Below, piece after piece: positions 1 through 12,733 of a stretch of DNA of 64,000 nt (its first letter is position 1; each line of letters starts with the position of its first letter). The notes below the pieces were generated by a model. That model worked only from the letters and a program-made list of their open reading frames with translations, had not been told where the DNA came from and did no database searches. The stretch comes from Adineta vaga. Its lineage: Eukaryota; Animalia; Rotifera. The stretch is taken from assembly GCA_021613535.1 (NCBI GenBank), contig CP075492.1:992001-1056000 (forward strand), read 5' to 3'. A program made the translations under genes and the position numbers.

Positions 1-6
1 GGAAGA

Positions 7-3000
7 ATGAATTCAACAGGATCATCTTCATCGATTTCATTTGCTTTATATGATTTTAATAAAGATAAACGATTAGATGCAATTATTATCAATAACGATA
101 CGGGAAGTATTGATATTCTTAAAGGTTATTTTGAAGGTTTTTCATCTCGTAGAACATTTAATGTTCAATATCCACCAATCTTTGTAACTGTTAGTGATTT
201 TAATAATGATGCAATATTAGATATAATACTTGTTAGTAACACGAATAATATAATGATGGTTCGACTTGGACGTAGTGATGGATCATTTGGAACTCAAAGA
301 ACATATTCAACTGGTACTAATCCAACTTCCATAGCTGTTGGTGATTTTAATAATGATACGAAAATGGATGCAGTTGTTACTAACGTTAACAGTGGAAATG
401 TTTATGTATTTCGTGGAAATGGTAATGGGTCATTTATAAGACAACAGATAATTTCAACTGGTTCTGGTCCAATTTCTGTAGTTGTTGCTGATTTGAACAA
501 TGACAAACGATTAGATATCGTTGTTGCTAATTATGGTGACAATACTGTAAGTATTTTATTAGGATTTGGAAATGGTTCCTTTGCAAATCAAATGAAATAT
601 TCAACGGGTTCTAGACCACGATCTGTTGCTGCAAGTGATTTTAATAATGATCATTATCTTGATCTAGTTGTTGCCAATTATGATAATAGAACTATTAGTA
701 TTCTTCTTGGTTATGGTAATGGAAGTTTTGCAAATCATTTCACATATCCAATTGGTTATAAACCGTACTTTGTAGTAATTGGAGATTTCAATAAAGATAC
801 TCAAATTGATATTGCTGTTGCCAATTATGGTAGTAGCACTGTGAGTATTCTGTTAGGATATGGAAATGGAAGTTTCACACAGCAAGTCATCTATGGAACA
901 GGCACTCAGCCAACATCTATAAGTATTGGAGACATGAATAATGATACACAATTGGATCTTGTTGTGGCTTGTGTCAGTGTGTTGAATGTTTATATTTTAT
1001 TTGGATACGGAAATGGTTCGTTTCATGATGCAATATCGTATAATACAGGCGCATATTCATATTCTGTTGCTATTGGAGATTTGAATAATGATACACGACT
1101 GGATATAATTGTAACAAATGAAAATAATAATTATATAAGTGTATTATTTCAATATAACAGAGGTGCCCTTCTAAATGAATTGACTTATGCAGCTGGTGGA
1201 GGTTCGAAATTACGATCGGTAGTCGTTGGTAATATAAATAATGATACTCGATTAGATATTATTGTTGCTAATTATGGTACTAATGATGTTGGTATTCTTT
1301 TTGGACAAGATAATGTTACTTTTCTAGATCAAATAATGTTTAATATGGGTTCGAATTCTCAACCATCATCCATTACTACTGGTCATTTTAATGATGATAT
1401 CTACTTGGATATTGCTGTAGCTCTTTCTGGTCCTAATCAAGTTGGATTATTACTTGGAAATGGCCATGGATCATTTACTCATCAAGCAACTTATCAAATT
1501 CCTTCCATATTTCCTCCGTTCATTGTCTCTGCTAGTGATTTCAATAATGATGGACAATCAGAAATTATTGTCGGATACGATGACAGTGATACTATTGATA
1601 TGTATGTTATATATAATACTGGATCGTTTACACTTCATGAAACATATCCAGTTGGTTTACGTCCAAGATACCTCTGTTTGGACTATATTAATAATGACAC
1701 TTACATTGATATTGTTGTTGTTAATTATGATTCTGATGATATAAATATTCTCCTTGGATATGGTAATGGTAGTTTTGCACAACCATTGACCTATTCAACT
1801 AGTGCTCGGCCATATTCTGTTGCTGCTAGTGATTTTAATAACGATAATCAAGTAGATCTAGTTGTTACTTATGGTGGTACGAATTATGTGACTATATTGT
1901 TAGGATATGGGAATGGTAGTTTTGCAAATCCAATGACATATTCAATTGACTCTGGCTCATCATCTTCAACTGTGGGTGATTTCAACAATGATACACAACC
2001 GGATCTAGTTGTGGTCGCTGGAAATGGCAACATCATTTTGTTCCAAGGATATGAAAATGGTACTTTCTCAAATGGAATTCAAATTGCAACTACCAACGAT
2101 CCACGATACGTGATTGCAGCTGATTTTAATAACGACAGCTGTTTGGATTTTGCACTTGCTAATTACGGTCTTGATAATGTAGGCATCTTTATTGGTTATG
2201 GTAATGGTTCTTTTGCAAAACAAGTAACATATTCAGTTGATTCCAATCCATTTGTATTAGCGGTTGGAGATCTAAACAATGATAATCGATTAGATATTGT
2301 TGTAGGTACATTAGGTCATCGTACCATTACTGTCCTTCTTGGCTATGGTAATGGTTCTTTTGCAAATAAAACAATCTTTCCAGCTGGTATTCTGCCAGAA
2401 TCCGTAGATATTGGTGATTTTAATCTTGACGGTTTTCCAGATATAATTGTTGCCAATCTTGGTGAGAATTCTGTCAGTGTATTGTTAGGATATGGTAATG
2501 GAAGATTTGCATCTCAAATTAAATATATAACTGGTTCTGGTCCACAATCTGTCGCTATTTTTGATTTAAATCATGATACTCAACTTGATATTGTCGTTGC
2601 CAATGCAGGTGATTGCAATGTAGTTGTCATGTTTGGTTCTCCAAATTTAGTCTTCAAAAATCAAACAAAGCTTTCAACGGGTAAAAGTTCACAATCACGA
2701 TCATTTGTTATTAACGATTTTAATAATGATAATTATAAAGATATTATCGTCGCTAATTCAGGTACTGATAATATTGGTGTTTTTCTTGGATATGGAAATT
2801 TCTCTTTCACAAATCAAACAACATATTCAACTGGTAATAATTCTTCTCCATATTCTATTGCAACTGGTCATTTCAATAATGACACTTATCTAGATATTGT
2901 TAGTGCAAATTCAAATTCAGACAATATTGGTATTTTTCTTGGTTATGGAAATGGTTCATTTACAAATCAAAGAACATATTTCACGGGTTCATCTTCATAT

Positions 3001-3258
3001 CCTTATTCTTTAGCTATTGCTCATTTTAATAATGATACGATTCTTGATATCATTGTTGTTAATTATTATAATAATAAATTTGGAGTCTTTCTTGGACATG
3101 GTGATGGAACATTTGATAGTATCATTTTCTTTTCGATGCCATATGGATCGAATCCATTCTCTCTCATTGTTGCTGATTTTAGTCAAGATGGAAAAATGGA
3201 TTTTGTGGTTGCAAATGTTGGTACAGACAATTTAAATATTTATCTACAAACTTGTTAA
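7..3258 (+). CDS. FG-GAP/VCBS repeat beta-propeller protein (probably 5'-incomplete at window edge)
   Basis: About 20 repeats of GDFNNDxxLDIVVANxGxxxVSILLGYGNGSF; long uninterrupted ORF. Confidence 0.9.
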   Translation: MNSTGSSSSISFALYDFNKDKRLDAIIINNDTGSIDILKGYFEGFSSRRTFNVQYPPIFVTVSDFNNDAILDIILVSNTNNIMMVRLGRSDGSFGTQRTYSTGTNPTSIAVGDFNNDTKMDAVVTNVNSGNVYVFRGNGNGSFIRQQIISTGSGPISVVVADLNNDKRLDIVVANYGDNTVSILLGFGNGSFANQMKYSTGSRPRSVAASDFNNDHYLDLVVANYDNRTISILLGYGNGSFANHFTYPIGYKPYFVVIGDFNKDTQIDIAVANYGSSTVSILLGYGNGSFTQQVIYGTGTQPTSISIGDMNNDTQLDLVVACVSVLNVYILFGYGNGSFHDAISYNTGAYSYSVAIGDLNNDTRLDIIVTNENNNYISVLFQYNRGALLNELTYAAGGGSKLRSVVVGNINNDTRLDIIVANYGTNDVGILFGQDNVTFLDQIMFNMGSNSQPSSITTGHFNDDIYLDIAVALSGPNQVGLLLGNGHGSFTHQATYQIPSIFPPFIVSASDFNNDGQSEIIVGYDDSDTIDMYVIYNTGSFTLHETYPVGLRPRYLCLDYINNDTYIDIVVVNYDSDDINILLGYGNGSFAQPLTYSTSARPYSVAASDFNNDNQVDLVVTYGGTNYVTILLGYGNGSFANPMTYSIDSGSSSSTVGDFNNDTQPDLVVVAGNGNIILFQGYENGTFSNGIQIATTNDPRYVIAADFNNDSCLDFALANYGLDNVGIFIGYGNGSFAKQVTYSVDSNPFVLAVGDLNNDNRLDIVVGTLGHRTITVLLGYGNGSFANKTIFPAGILPESVDIGDFNLDGFPDIIVANLGENSVSVLLGYGNGRFASQIKYITGSGPQSVAIFDLNHDTQLDIVVANAGDCNVVVMFGSPNLVFKNQTKLSTGKSSQSRSFVINDFNNDNYKDIIVANSGTDNIGVFLGYGNFSFTNQTTYSTGNNSSPYSIATGHFNNDTYLDIVSANSNSDNIGIFLGYGNGSFTNQRTYFTGSSSYPYSLAIAHFNNDTILDIIVVNYYNNKFGVFLGHGDGTFDSIIFFSMPYGSNPFSLIVADFSQDGKMDFVVANVGTDNLNIYLQTC

Positions 3259-3799
3259 TATTTTTTGTTTAGTTATTCTAATAAATCTTTGAAGCACAGT
3301 TGTATGATTATATAGATGAAATTTAATTCGAGTTGCAAATATCGAATTGATCATTGTTACATTTGATATAAAAATATTTCTGAACAATAGAATTTCGTTG
3401 AGATTCCAATTCAAGACTTTCAACTGATAAAACATGAGATCTATTACATTTTATATAATTTGAACCATTTTTAAATGAAACACAACTACCTGTATGAAAA
3501 ATATCGGTATTTGTAGATCGGTTTGATGATGTTGAAATTGCATTTAGAATTAGATCAGAAAATTCTACATTTATCGATCTATTTGTCACTGAGAAAAACC
3601 ACAGTGGTAGATTGATTATTGTTTCCGAAAAAATTTGTTCATTTCCATCAATTAATCGTGAACTAATATTTGATAAAAGACAAAACGCTGTTTTTCCTTT
3701 CTGATATTGAAGATCATCAAATATTTTAAGAATTTCTATTATCCGCATGTGTGTCCTAACTCTTTTTTGTGTAGATCGCACATGTGGTAAAAAAGAAAA

Positions 3800-4158
3800 A
3801 GAAAAGAAAATATTTATATAAAAAATTAAAGAAAGAGATTCTCATTCTTATATATTATTAAAAATGTGAATATTGTTTTGATAGAAATAATTATTAAAGA
3901 TAATGAATTTAAACGATTTGTCGACGATGAAAAACATGGTTGATTATTAATAATTGAAAACATCATAATACGTTCATTAATTCGATCACAAACATAAAGA
4001 TTTCCATTGTTATCAAATGTAATATCGTCTGGTTCATCGAATTGAGTAAGATTATCACCACGATCTAGTAAAAGAAAAATTCCCTTAATTATCTTTGTTC
4101 TTATTCTACATAATATTCATCTGCATACCTAATCCACCAGCAATAGTTTCACCAATAG
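3800..4158 (-). pseudogene. NHL-repeat protein, 3' fragment
   Basis: Manual translation IGETIAGGL-(intron)-DRGDNLTQFDEPDDITFDNNGNLYVCDRINERIMMF followed by a hydrophobic tail; no 5' part visible. Confidence 0.6.
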
Positions 4159-7100
4159 ATGAATTATATAGCCAACGTTGAATTCGTTGATTCGATGTAT
4201 CAACTATATATACAACTTAATCTCGATAGAGAAAAACAAATGATAAAACCATTCTTATCATCGAATTTCAATGATTCTTTATTTTATAATTCAAATCAAT
4301 CTACAAATATGATTAATTCATCAGTATCTCAATATGAAAATATCTCTACAAGTTAGTATTAAATAATAATAAATCAGTTGAATATTTTTCTTTTCTTAAA
4401 TAGATGAACAAATGAATATATCATTAATACAATTAAATCATTCTAAAGAAGAAGATTTTTTAGTTAAAATATATATTCCAAATTTACCAATGATTGATTT
4501 AAATATAAATCTAGAAGAAATAATAATTATACGATTAGATGATTTATATAAGATAAAAATATCTAAAATTGAATGTTTTACTGATATTGGTATTGGTATT
4601 ATATATGTAAATGAAAAAGAGAAATTTTATTTAGTTAATAAATTTCAAACAATTGTATTACAACAAGAAAATCAATTACAAATTCATTTTGTTGAACATT
4701 TAGAAATTATTTGTTATTTAATATTTGATAAATCAATTCAATTAACAACTAAAACAATTGCTCAACGATGGATGAATGTTTTTCAATCAGAACATTTACC
4801 TAAATGTGAAATTTTATCAATACAATTTTCAAATATTATTAAAATAACAATATGTTCTATTGAAGAACTTCAATTAGCATTAGAATATCGAATTATTTCT
4901 ATTGATGATGAAATTGGTCGAATATTTCTTCGAGTTGATTGTTGTTATTTAGAAGATATTCCTCGTTCAAATCCAAAAATAACATTAGAACAATTATTTT
5001 GTTATATTTTAACACAACTTCAAATGAATGATCGTTTACGAACTGATCGAAATTATTGTCAAGAAAAAGCTGATGAACTTTATAAACAATTTTCATCATT
5101 ATCAGATGAAATGAAGAAATTAAAATCATATTTTTATATTCAATATAATGAAGAAACATCAAATGCTGTTATTCTTGCATCAATAACAATATATAAATGG
5201 TTATTAATGAAATTTGTTAATATTAAAAATGAATTTATATTTAAAACAACAAATATTTCTTGTAAATTAATTATTAAATCTATACCAAATGATCTTTCAT
5301 CAACAACAATTCTTAATCATAAAATATTTCAAAATTCAATTAAACAAAATGATTACAAACGTATTAATGAAAATCTTATTATTGAAATAACTGATTCTCA
5401 TGTTTATGATAAATGTTTAAATATTCGTTTTATTGAAATAATTCATAATGAATATCAATTAAGATTACAAATTTTTCCATATACATCTATTGCAATTATT
5501 AATCCTGAAGATACTGATATTAATGAAGAGAATTGGTATAGTACTCGAATGTTTGATTATAAATCTGATATAACACAATTTGATCCACATCATCCATTAT
5601 TTCGTTATAAATGGAATTCAAAAATTTGGTTAGAACAATTTAAACAAATTACAATACAATTTGCGAAAACTAATGATACAAATGAACGACATAAATTAGA
5701 TATATCTCGTCGTATGCTTCGTGTTACAGTTATGTTAAAAACGATGGGAGTTATACAAGCTAAAAAATATGAACTTGAAGATACACCAACAAAAACAGAA
5801 ATTGAAATTCAATCACCAACACCACTTGTTACAATTGTTTATAATCATTAATCGAAATTAATTAAATCATCGAAAACAAATAGTGGATTATCATCATTCG
5901 AATCAACTAATGTTCGAGTAATAAATGAAGATTGTCTTATTTCATATGAAAAACAAGTAGCAAATGGTTATAAACCATTACTTCTCAATATGGCTAATGC
6001 TTTGACACCCGGTGGAGGTTATCGAAAAGGTGATGGTGCACAAGAAGAAAATCTTTTTCGTCGTTCAAATTATTATCTTAGTCTTGATCCAACACTTGCT
6101 TATCAACAAGATCAATTAGATAATTGTCAATGGTTTTACTGTTCAGAAACAACAGAAATGAAATCATTAGATATAAAACAACGATCATTATATCCAATAG
6201 ATGAATATGGTGGGATTTATACATCAGGTATAACTGTTTTACGAGGAATAGAAGCAAATGGTTACCCATTTTCATCAAAACCACTCTACAATGTTTGTTC
6301 ATTAGCAATTGCTGCCTTTCGAAATCCACCTGTTCATGATAATAATCGTCTCTCGTTAAAATATGCTATTGATACTCGAAAGAAAATTGAAAATTTCTTT
6401 GCAATTGCACATCAACATGGTCATAATTGTCTAATACTTTCCGCTCTTGGATGTGGCGCATTTAAAAATCCGTAAGTATTTTTCATTACAAATATTTACT
6501 CTATACTAATTCTTTCATATTTTTTTTGTTAGTCCTGAACATATTGCTTTAATTTTCAAATCAGTTATTATTCAATATGCTGGATTTTTTCAAAACATTA
6601 TTTTCTCAATTATTGATGATCATAATACTGGTAATCAAATGAATCCAAATGGAAATTTTCTTCCATTTCAAAAAGTATTAGATGGTTTTTCTGTTCGTCC
6701 AGTAATGAATCTAAGTATTGGAATGGCTATAGGACCTTATTATATAATAGAATCACAAAATAAAGATAAATCTGTACGTTTTGATCATATTAGTATACTA
6801 CATTTACCATTATGTGAATATGGTACAAAATGTCGAAATTTAAATGATTCTAAACATATCGTCAATCATATAGTCATCCACCATTATGTCCAATGGAATC
6901 GGAATGTATCGACATGAATAATGATGTTCATTTTCAATCATTCAGTCATCGTCTATTATGTCCTCAAGGTGGTCTCTGTAAATCTTTTGATGATCAACAA
7001 CATATAATTAATTATATTCATCCAAATTTTTGTGTTGAAGGTGGATTATGTACTAATATGAAAACATTCCATTTAGCAAAATTTCGACATGTATCATTAT

Positions 7101-8781
7101 GTCGAGATGGATTAGATTGTAAATTTAATTTACAAATGATAAAAGAACATCAATTGAAATATCGTCATTGTCAAAATTCATGTCGATTTGGTGGTAATTG
7201 TATTCATTTTCATGATCAAGATCATATTAAACATGAATCACATCCATTCAAAACACCTTGTCCTCAAACTCCATTTTCTTGTGAATTGTTTGTTGAATAT
7301 TTACAATCAAATGATTTACATCAAGATTATAATATGAATCGAAAAGAATTCAAAGATCTTGAAAATCATTGTCTTCATTATTCCCATGTATGTCCGTGGG
7401 GTCGTCAATGTACTGATACAACACCAAAACATTTATCAACAACAATACATATTGCACGAGAAATGTGTCCTGATGATAAAAAGTGTAAGTTTTTAACGAA
7501 TGAAGATCATCTGGAATCATTTACACATACTGATATACGAGATATTCGACTTGAATGTCGTTATTCAGCTGCTGATTGTCGAGATCTAAAGAAATCGTCT
7601 CATATGATTAAATATCGTCACAATTATCGACAAGATTTCCTTGGTGTTGCACAATGTTCTGGTTTGAATCGAACAACAGATTTCATATTCAATCAAGAAT
7701 ATATGATTAAAAATCTACAAGAATATTTCGAAAAAAAACATCATATCGAATGGTCAAATATTTCCATTTCAAATAATTTACTCCATTGGGTTCGAACTCT
7801 TCTACCAGTTCATCGATGTTCGCCAACTATTTTCGAATCTATTCTTGTTCATGGTCATATCATGAGTCGAGCACATATGGATCAATTACAGGAAGAAAAA
7901 TTTGTTGCACATAGTGTTAATCAACATAATAATGTACGTAAAATTGTTTCGAAACATGTAATTGCTGTACAAGATAATGTTCGTGATTTCATTGATGCAC
8001 TTGTCGAAATGGAATTTCATAAAAAAAACTATCAATTAAAAATGAATTACAAATACAATATCAGATTGATTCAAAAGAACAAGCAATACAAGTCGCACTT
8101 CAATCTAAAGAAATTAATGAAATTCGTAAGTGTGTAATTCAAGTAGTTAACGCATCATTTATACTTCAGTCAAATAAAACAGGTATTGGATTTGAGCGTG
8201 ATGTTGAACTAGGTACACATCATCATGTATTTGCTATTCTTGGTCCTCATACAGGTCATTATTATGGTGATATTGTTGTTGTGTTTAAACGTGAGATCAT
8301 GTTACATCCAGATTCAAACTTTACTATGCAAGCGGCTACAACATGTACACCATCAGAACCTGATAAACCACCTAAAGCTTATAAATTTCGTCCATGGCTT
8401 CAAGATCCTGGTAAAAACGAAGAACGATTGAAAATTTATCATCAAACAAAACTTCATTGTTCTGTACCAGGTTATGAAACTGTCACTGCATTGGAGCTTA
8501 TGGCTATTACTGGAGGACAAAAAAATCCAATGAAAGCTGATCTAAAAAATATAATTCAACGATGGAAAACCGTTGATTCTCATCAAGTTATTGAAACTCA
8601 TTTACCACAATTGATTCCTCTTAGTTATGTTGATCATATATACATGCCAAAAAATGTATTTGATTCATTGTCTCTTGTTGCTCAACGAAATGCAGAAGAA
8701 ATATTTGGAAAGAAATTAACTGTAACAGAACATATTGTTGATCTTACTGTTGAATTAATGGCTTTTGCTGAACCCGATTCA
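4159..8781 (+). pseudogene. Multidomain protein: microbial-type PARG (TIGR02452/DUF2263-like) + PBZ-like zinc fingers + putative DarT-like ART domain; disrupted
   Basis: LNMANALTPGGGYRKGDGAQEENLFRRS and LILSALGCGAFKNP PARG motifs; repeated C-x5-C-x6/7-H-x5-H fingers; in-frame TAA at 5849-5851; intron about 6472-6532; frameshifts near 6860 and 8030; cut off at about 8782 by a transposon end. Confidence 0.8.
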
Positions 8782-8804
8782 CAAGGGGGAAAGTACGGGT
8801 CCAA

Positions 8805-8880
8805 CACCTCCGCACCTTTTCGGCACCTCAGCACCTTTTCGGCACCTCTGCACCTTTTCGGCACCTCAGCACCTCAACAT
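8805..8880 (+). repeat. About 19-bp subterminal tandem repeat (CGGCACCTCAGCACCTTTT)
   Basis: 3-4 GC-rich copies immediately inside the CAAGG terminus. Confidence 0.85.
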
Positions 8881-9120
8881 CTTTTCAATATCTAAGCACT
8901 ATTCCAATACCTTTGCAGTATCTTTTAGCATCAAATATCTTAACTTTATAAGAAAATAATTCATATATAATAGTTTTTATTTTCAATCATTCGAACGAAA
9001 CATACTCTCAGATTTACATAACATGAGAGTTTTATGCTGCAAAAACAAATATTCTAGTTTTTCACAATAACTAATATAAAACCTAAAGACAGATATATAT
9101 CAAATGAAAATTTAACATTT

Positions 9121-11748
9121 CTATCCCGATGTTTTAACACGCTCTAAACGATCACTAGATAATCGACTTTTTGAGTCTGTTAATAACCAACATGCTGTTT
9201 GTTTGTGCAAGTATTTTACTGATGAACCTACTCGAATGCGAAAATATTTATGTATATATTGTGGATTTACTTTGTCATATATTCGACAACCTTGGAAATC
9301 TTGTCGTTCTATATCAGAAAGATTTGATATGATATTTCCTTCATCTTCTTCATCTTCATCATCTGTACCGTTCTTCGATAATGTTTCATCATCAAGCAAT
9401 TCTGAATCATTTTCTTCGTCATCTAATTCATCTTCATCACTATCTTGATCAAAATCAATATCTTCTGTATAATCAATTACTTTCGACCCTGATTTACTTA
9501 TATTAATTACTATGAATTGACTTAATGCAGGTAATGTATAAATATTTTTATTAATCAATAATGTGTTCATATTGGCCATTGTCACATATTTTTTTGCAGC
9601 TTCAAATGCATTTTCAATTATTTTTTCAATATCATACTCTGTCAAATTTAATTCTTTTATATAATTCATTGAATAATTATGAATTTCTTTATCAGTCTTA
9701 TGATGTTGTGGAAATTTAAAATTGTAATTATCCCCTTGTCCGCTACGAGACTTGATCGAATCAATAACTGATATTTTGTCACATCTTTTAATAAAAGACT
9801 TAACAGTAAAATTGCTGATTGATGAATAAGGACCTGATAAAGCACGTGCGATACGAAAAATATTCTCACATCCTTGTGAATTAAACAAAAATGTATTGAG
9901 TACATTAACAGGTAATCTATTATTTATTACTAAAAGAACCATATAAAGTAATGTATGAGCGTTTATTTCAATGCACCAGAATGTCGGTTTAGTAATGAAA
10001 CTATTTGCTTTTATCTTTTGAATTGAATCAGTAGTTTCATCATTAATAATATTCTTTATCTTCGAATTTTGTAGCCATGCCCACCACATTCTACAAGTAA
10101 AAACTGCGGTCCAAATATGATACAATCGTTGTTCGATTGTTGTTGATTTATCAATTAGTCCTTTTATAATTGAATTTAATAATGAAAGATATATGAATGT
10201 TCCAGTATAATTTTTATTGTTATTTAATAGGTTTAATACCATATCAGAAGAAATACGTCGACAGGAGACAAAGTTTTGCTTGTCTTTAGGACATACATCA
10301 CATTTTATTAAATTATGATCAAGTTTATTTTTTAGAGCAATCAAATTCATCAAATGTTGAATATCAATTCGATAATCTCCCATCTTCATCGATGCCACTT
10401 CTGAAAGGAGTCGATTTCGAAACTTGGTAGCTATATGGATTGAGTCTTGCATAAAAAGCAAAAGCTGTTGTCCTTTCATAAAAAACCAAGACCAACGATC
10501 AGGTATTTTTAAATGAAAATTATCTTTATGTTTAAATAAATTTAAATTAGGTAATTCGGCAAAAAATCGACTACATAATCTCATTGCACGAAGATAACGT
10601 GGATCTGCATCTGTACTAAAGCCTATAACACGTACATTTTGTGCTAGACATTGATTATAAATATATAGCCACCTCTTTAATATATCTGTAGCTGTCACCT
10701 TATTATCTGAGCCATATGCTGATAAAATGAATGGTGGAGTTGATGGTACCACTCACTGTATTACATGAATATTAATCAATTTTGATTTATTATAATTATC
10801 AAACCATATTTTTAATTCTTCATAATTATCTGTTCGAAAAAAATTTGGTTTAGGAACTCCATCAGTTAATGGTGATGATAAGCCGATGAAAGAGTTGATT
10901 TGTGCATCATAATCAATACGACAAATAGAATTAGTACAATCCTCTGAAGCAAATACATAATTACAATGATTTGATTGTGAATATTCTTTTAACAATTTAA
11001 ATCGAAATTGACCTTCAGTGATTTTAACTTCTGGATTTCTCAATAATGATTCTATATTGGATATATGTGGCAACGCCCCCGGTAAGTTTAATCTAAGAAA
11101 TTCATAGCAATTTCGTCCACCAAGAATAAGCAACAATAAAGCAAACTGCTGAACATGACTATCATATCTAAATTGATTCTTTGATTTCTTGAAATTTTCA
11201 AAAATGTTTTTTATCCAAGGAATAAGTATAGGAATATTATCTTCATTCGATGAACTAAATGATTGCTTCCATAATTTCGGTAAATTTTTTACGATGTAAT
11301 CTTCAATATGTTCATATGTTGGTTGAAGAGTATTAGTAGAGGGATTTTTCTTTGATCCGACTAACAACCATAAACGATCAAGTAAATTTCGAAAACCTAA
11401 TCGAAGATAAAACCTTCCATCAGCTGAAACAAATCCAAGTGCTTTTTTTAAATTATTTAGTTCGATAACATCAAAATCGAGAATGTGTATTAATTCGTCA
11501 ATTGTAATCGATGATAAAGAAGACATGTCTCGAATACCTTGTATCCGAAACAATTCGCATAAATCTTTATTTAAAGCTGCTTCTAAGAATTTGTAGAATG
11601 TATCATGACTTAATTTCATCATATCATCTGTTAATTCATGAATCTCAAATATATCCATTGCTGATAATGTGTGTTGTTTTTCGTTAAAAAAGAACCTATA
11701 TATAGTAAAGCTAAACATAAGAATACTATTTAAGTCAATTTGATTCAT
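9121..11748 (-). pseudogene. P-element/THAP9-like DDE transposase lacking an obvious THAP domain, with one in-frame TGA
   Basis: Motifs FASEDCT, FSTDADPRY, QDSIH (DxxH), DKQN, FNSQGCENIFR; ORFs 10753..11748 and 9121..10752 are in frame and separated only by TGA at 10753-10755. Confidence 0.75.
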
Positions 11749-12022
11749 AATAAGTTAATGGTTATTTATTTCAAATTAATATAGCTACAATCATAAAATT
11801 TTTAAATACAGAGATAATAATCTATTCTCCTTTCATCTCACTATGTATAATATATACAATAGAAAACGTGCATAATCTTTTTTAATAACCAAAACCAAAC
11901 ATTAAATATGAACAAAAATCATCGAAATATTAATATGAAACTGATCAGACAATAAAACTCGATATTATATCTTGATACATGTAAATCAAGATCAAACTTA
12001 AATAATTATTTGCGAACAAGTT

Positions 12023-12278
12023 TTAAATAACGTCTTGTGTTGATCCCTCTTCAGATAAATTCATTCTACTTGTCGATAAGATTTTCTTCTTTTTAACTAT
12101 ATCGGTGTTACTTTTTGAAGGTGTTGCTGATGGTGAATAAGCTCGCTTTGATGCAGTATTAGCTGATATTTTCTTGGATAACACATTTGATGAACCATTC
12201 GACGAATCATTCGATGAGTTTGATTGGCCTAAGACTAAACCTTCATCGTCAACAGCAGCATTTTCTTGTGCATGTTTC
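12023..12278 (-). CDS. Orphan terminal exon, Ser-rich with basic NLS-like KKKK (transposon accessory gene?)
   Basis: Polypyrimidine/AG acceptor (TTTTATTTTAAG) at about 12279; upstream exons not identified; the KDZ element TIR starts just beyond. Confidence 0.4.
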
Positions 12279-12482
12279 TTAAAATAAAAAACATGGAGTG
12301 GCAAATATCAAATTGGAACAAATTTTAAAGGTTGCGTGTCAAAATTATTAAAAATTTTAACTTTTAAAAACTTGAAAATTTTAAAAATTCTTATAATTTT
12401 TGCAAATTGAGTAAGTATAAAAATAAAAGTGCGTTATCACATGAATTATTAGTGTAAAACAAAAATCAATCTCTACTACAGT

Positions 12483-12626
12483 TAAAATTCAATCAGAAAC
12501 CAGAAATCTACCTTCGATGAAATTAAAATTCAATCAGAAATCAGAAATCTACTTTTGATATAACTAAAATTCAATCAGAAATCAGAAATCTACCTTCGAT
12601 GAAATTAAAATTCAATCAGAAATCAG
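12483..12626 (+). repeat. 41-bp tandem repeat, about 3.5 copies
   Basis: Unit TAAAATTCAATCAGAAATCAGAAATCTACCTTCGATGAAAT. Confidence 0.9.
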
Positions 12627-12733
12627 CAATTAGAACAATTATAATACTTTTTGTCAATCAAGAATCAACCAAAGAAGTGAATTTGCGAGATATATTTGTA
12701 AAGAAAAGTGGTAAGGATTAATAAAAAAAGTAT

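Larger units (their letters stand above)
8782..12294 (-). mobile_element. P-element-superfamily-like DNA transposon (one terminus seen)
   Basis: Starts CAAGGGGGAAAG exactly where the PARG reading frame degenerates; subterminal repeats; P-like transposase gene inside; matching second end uncertain. Confidence 0.65.

Noticed and set aside
1442-3235. Short overlapping alternative-frame ORFs in the FG-GAP gene (and similar shadows elsewhere)
   Set aside because: Shadow ORFs of biased codon usage in real genes
3323-3781. 152-aa minus-strand ORF
   Set aside because: May be a gene fragment, but no motif supports a product call
10753-10755. Selenocysteine, readthrough, or a GTGAGT splice donor at the transposase TGA
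   Set aside because: Not a conserved Cys position, and splicing would delete the conserved-looking PFILSAYG block; a point mutation or sequencing error is simpler
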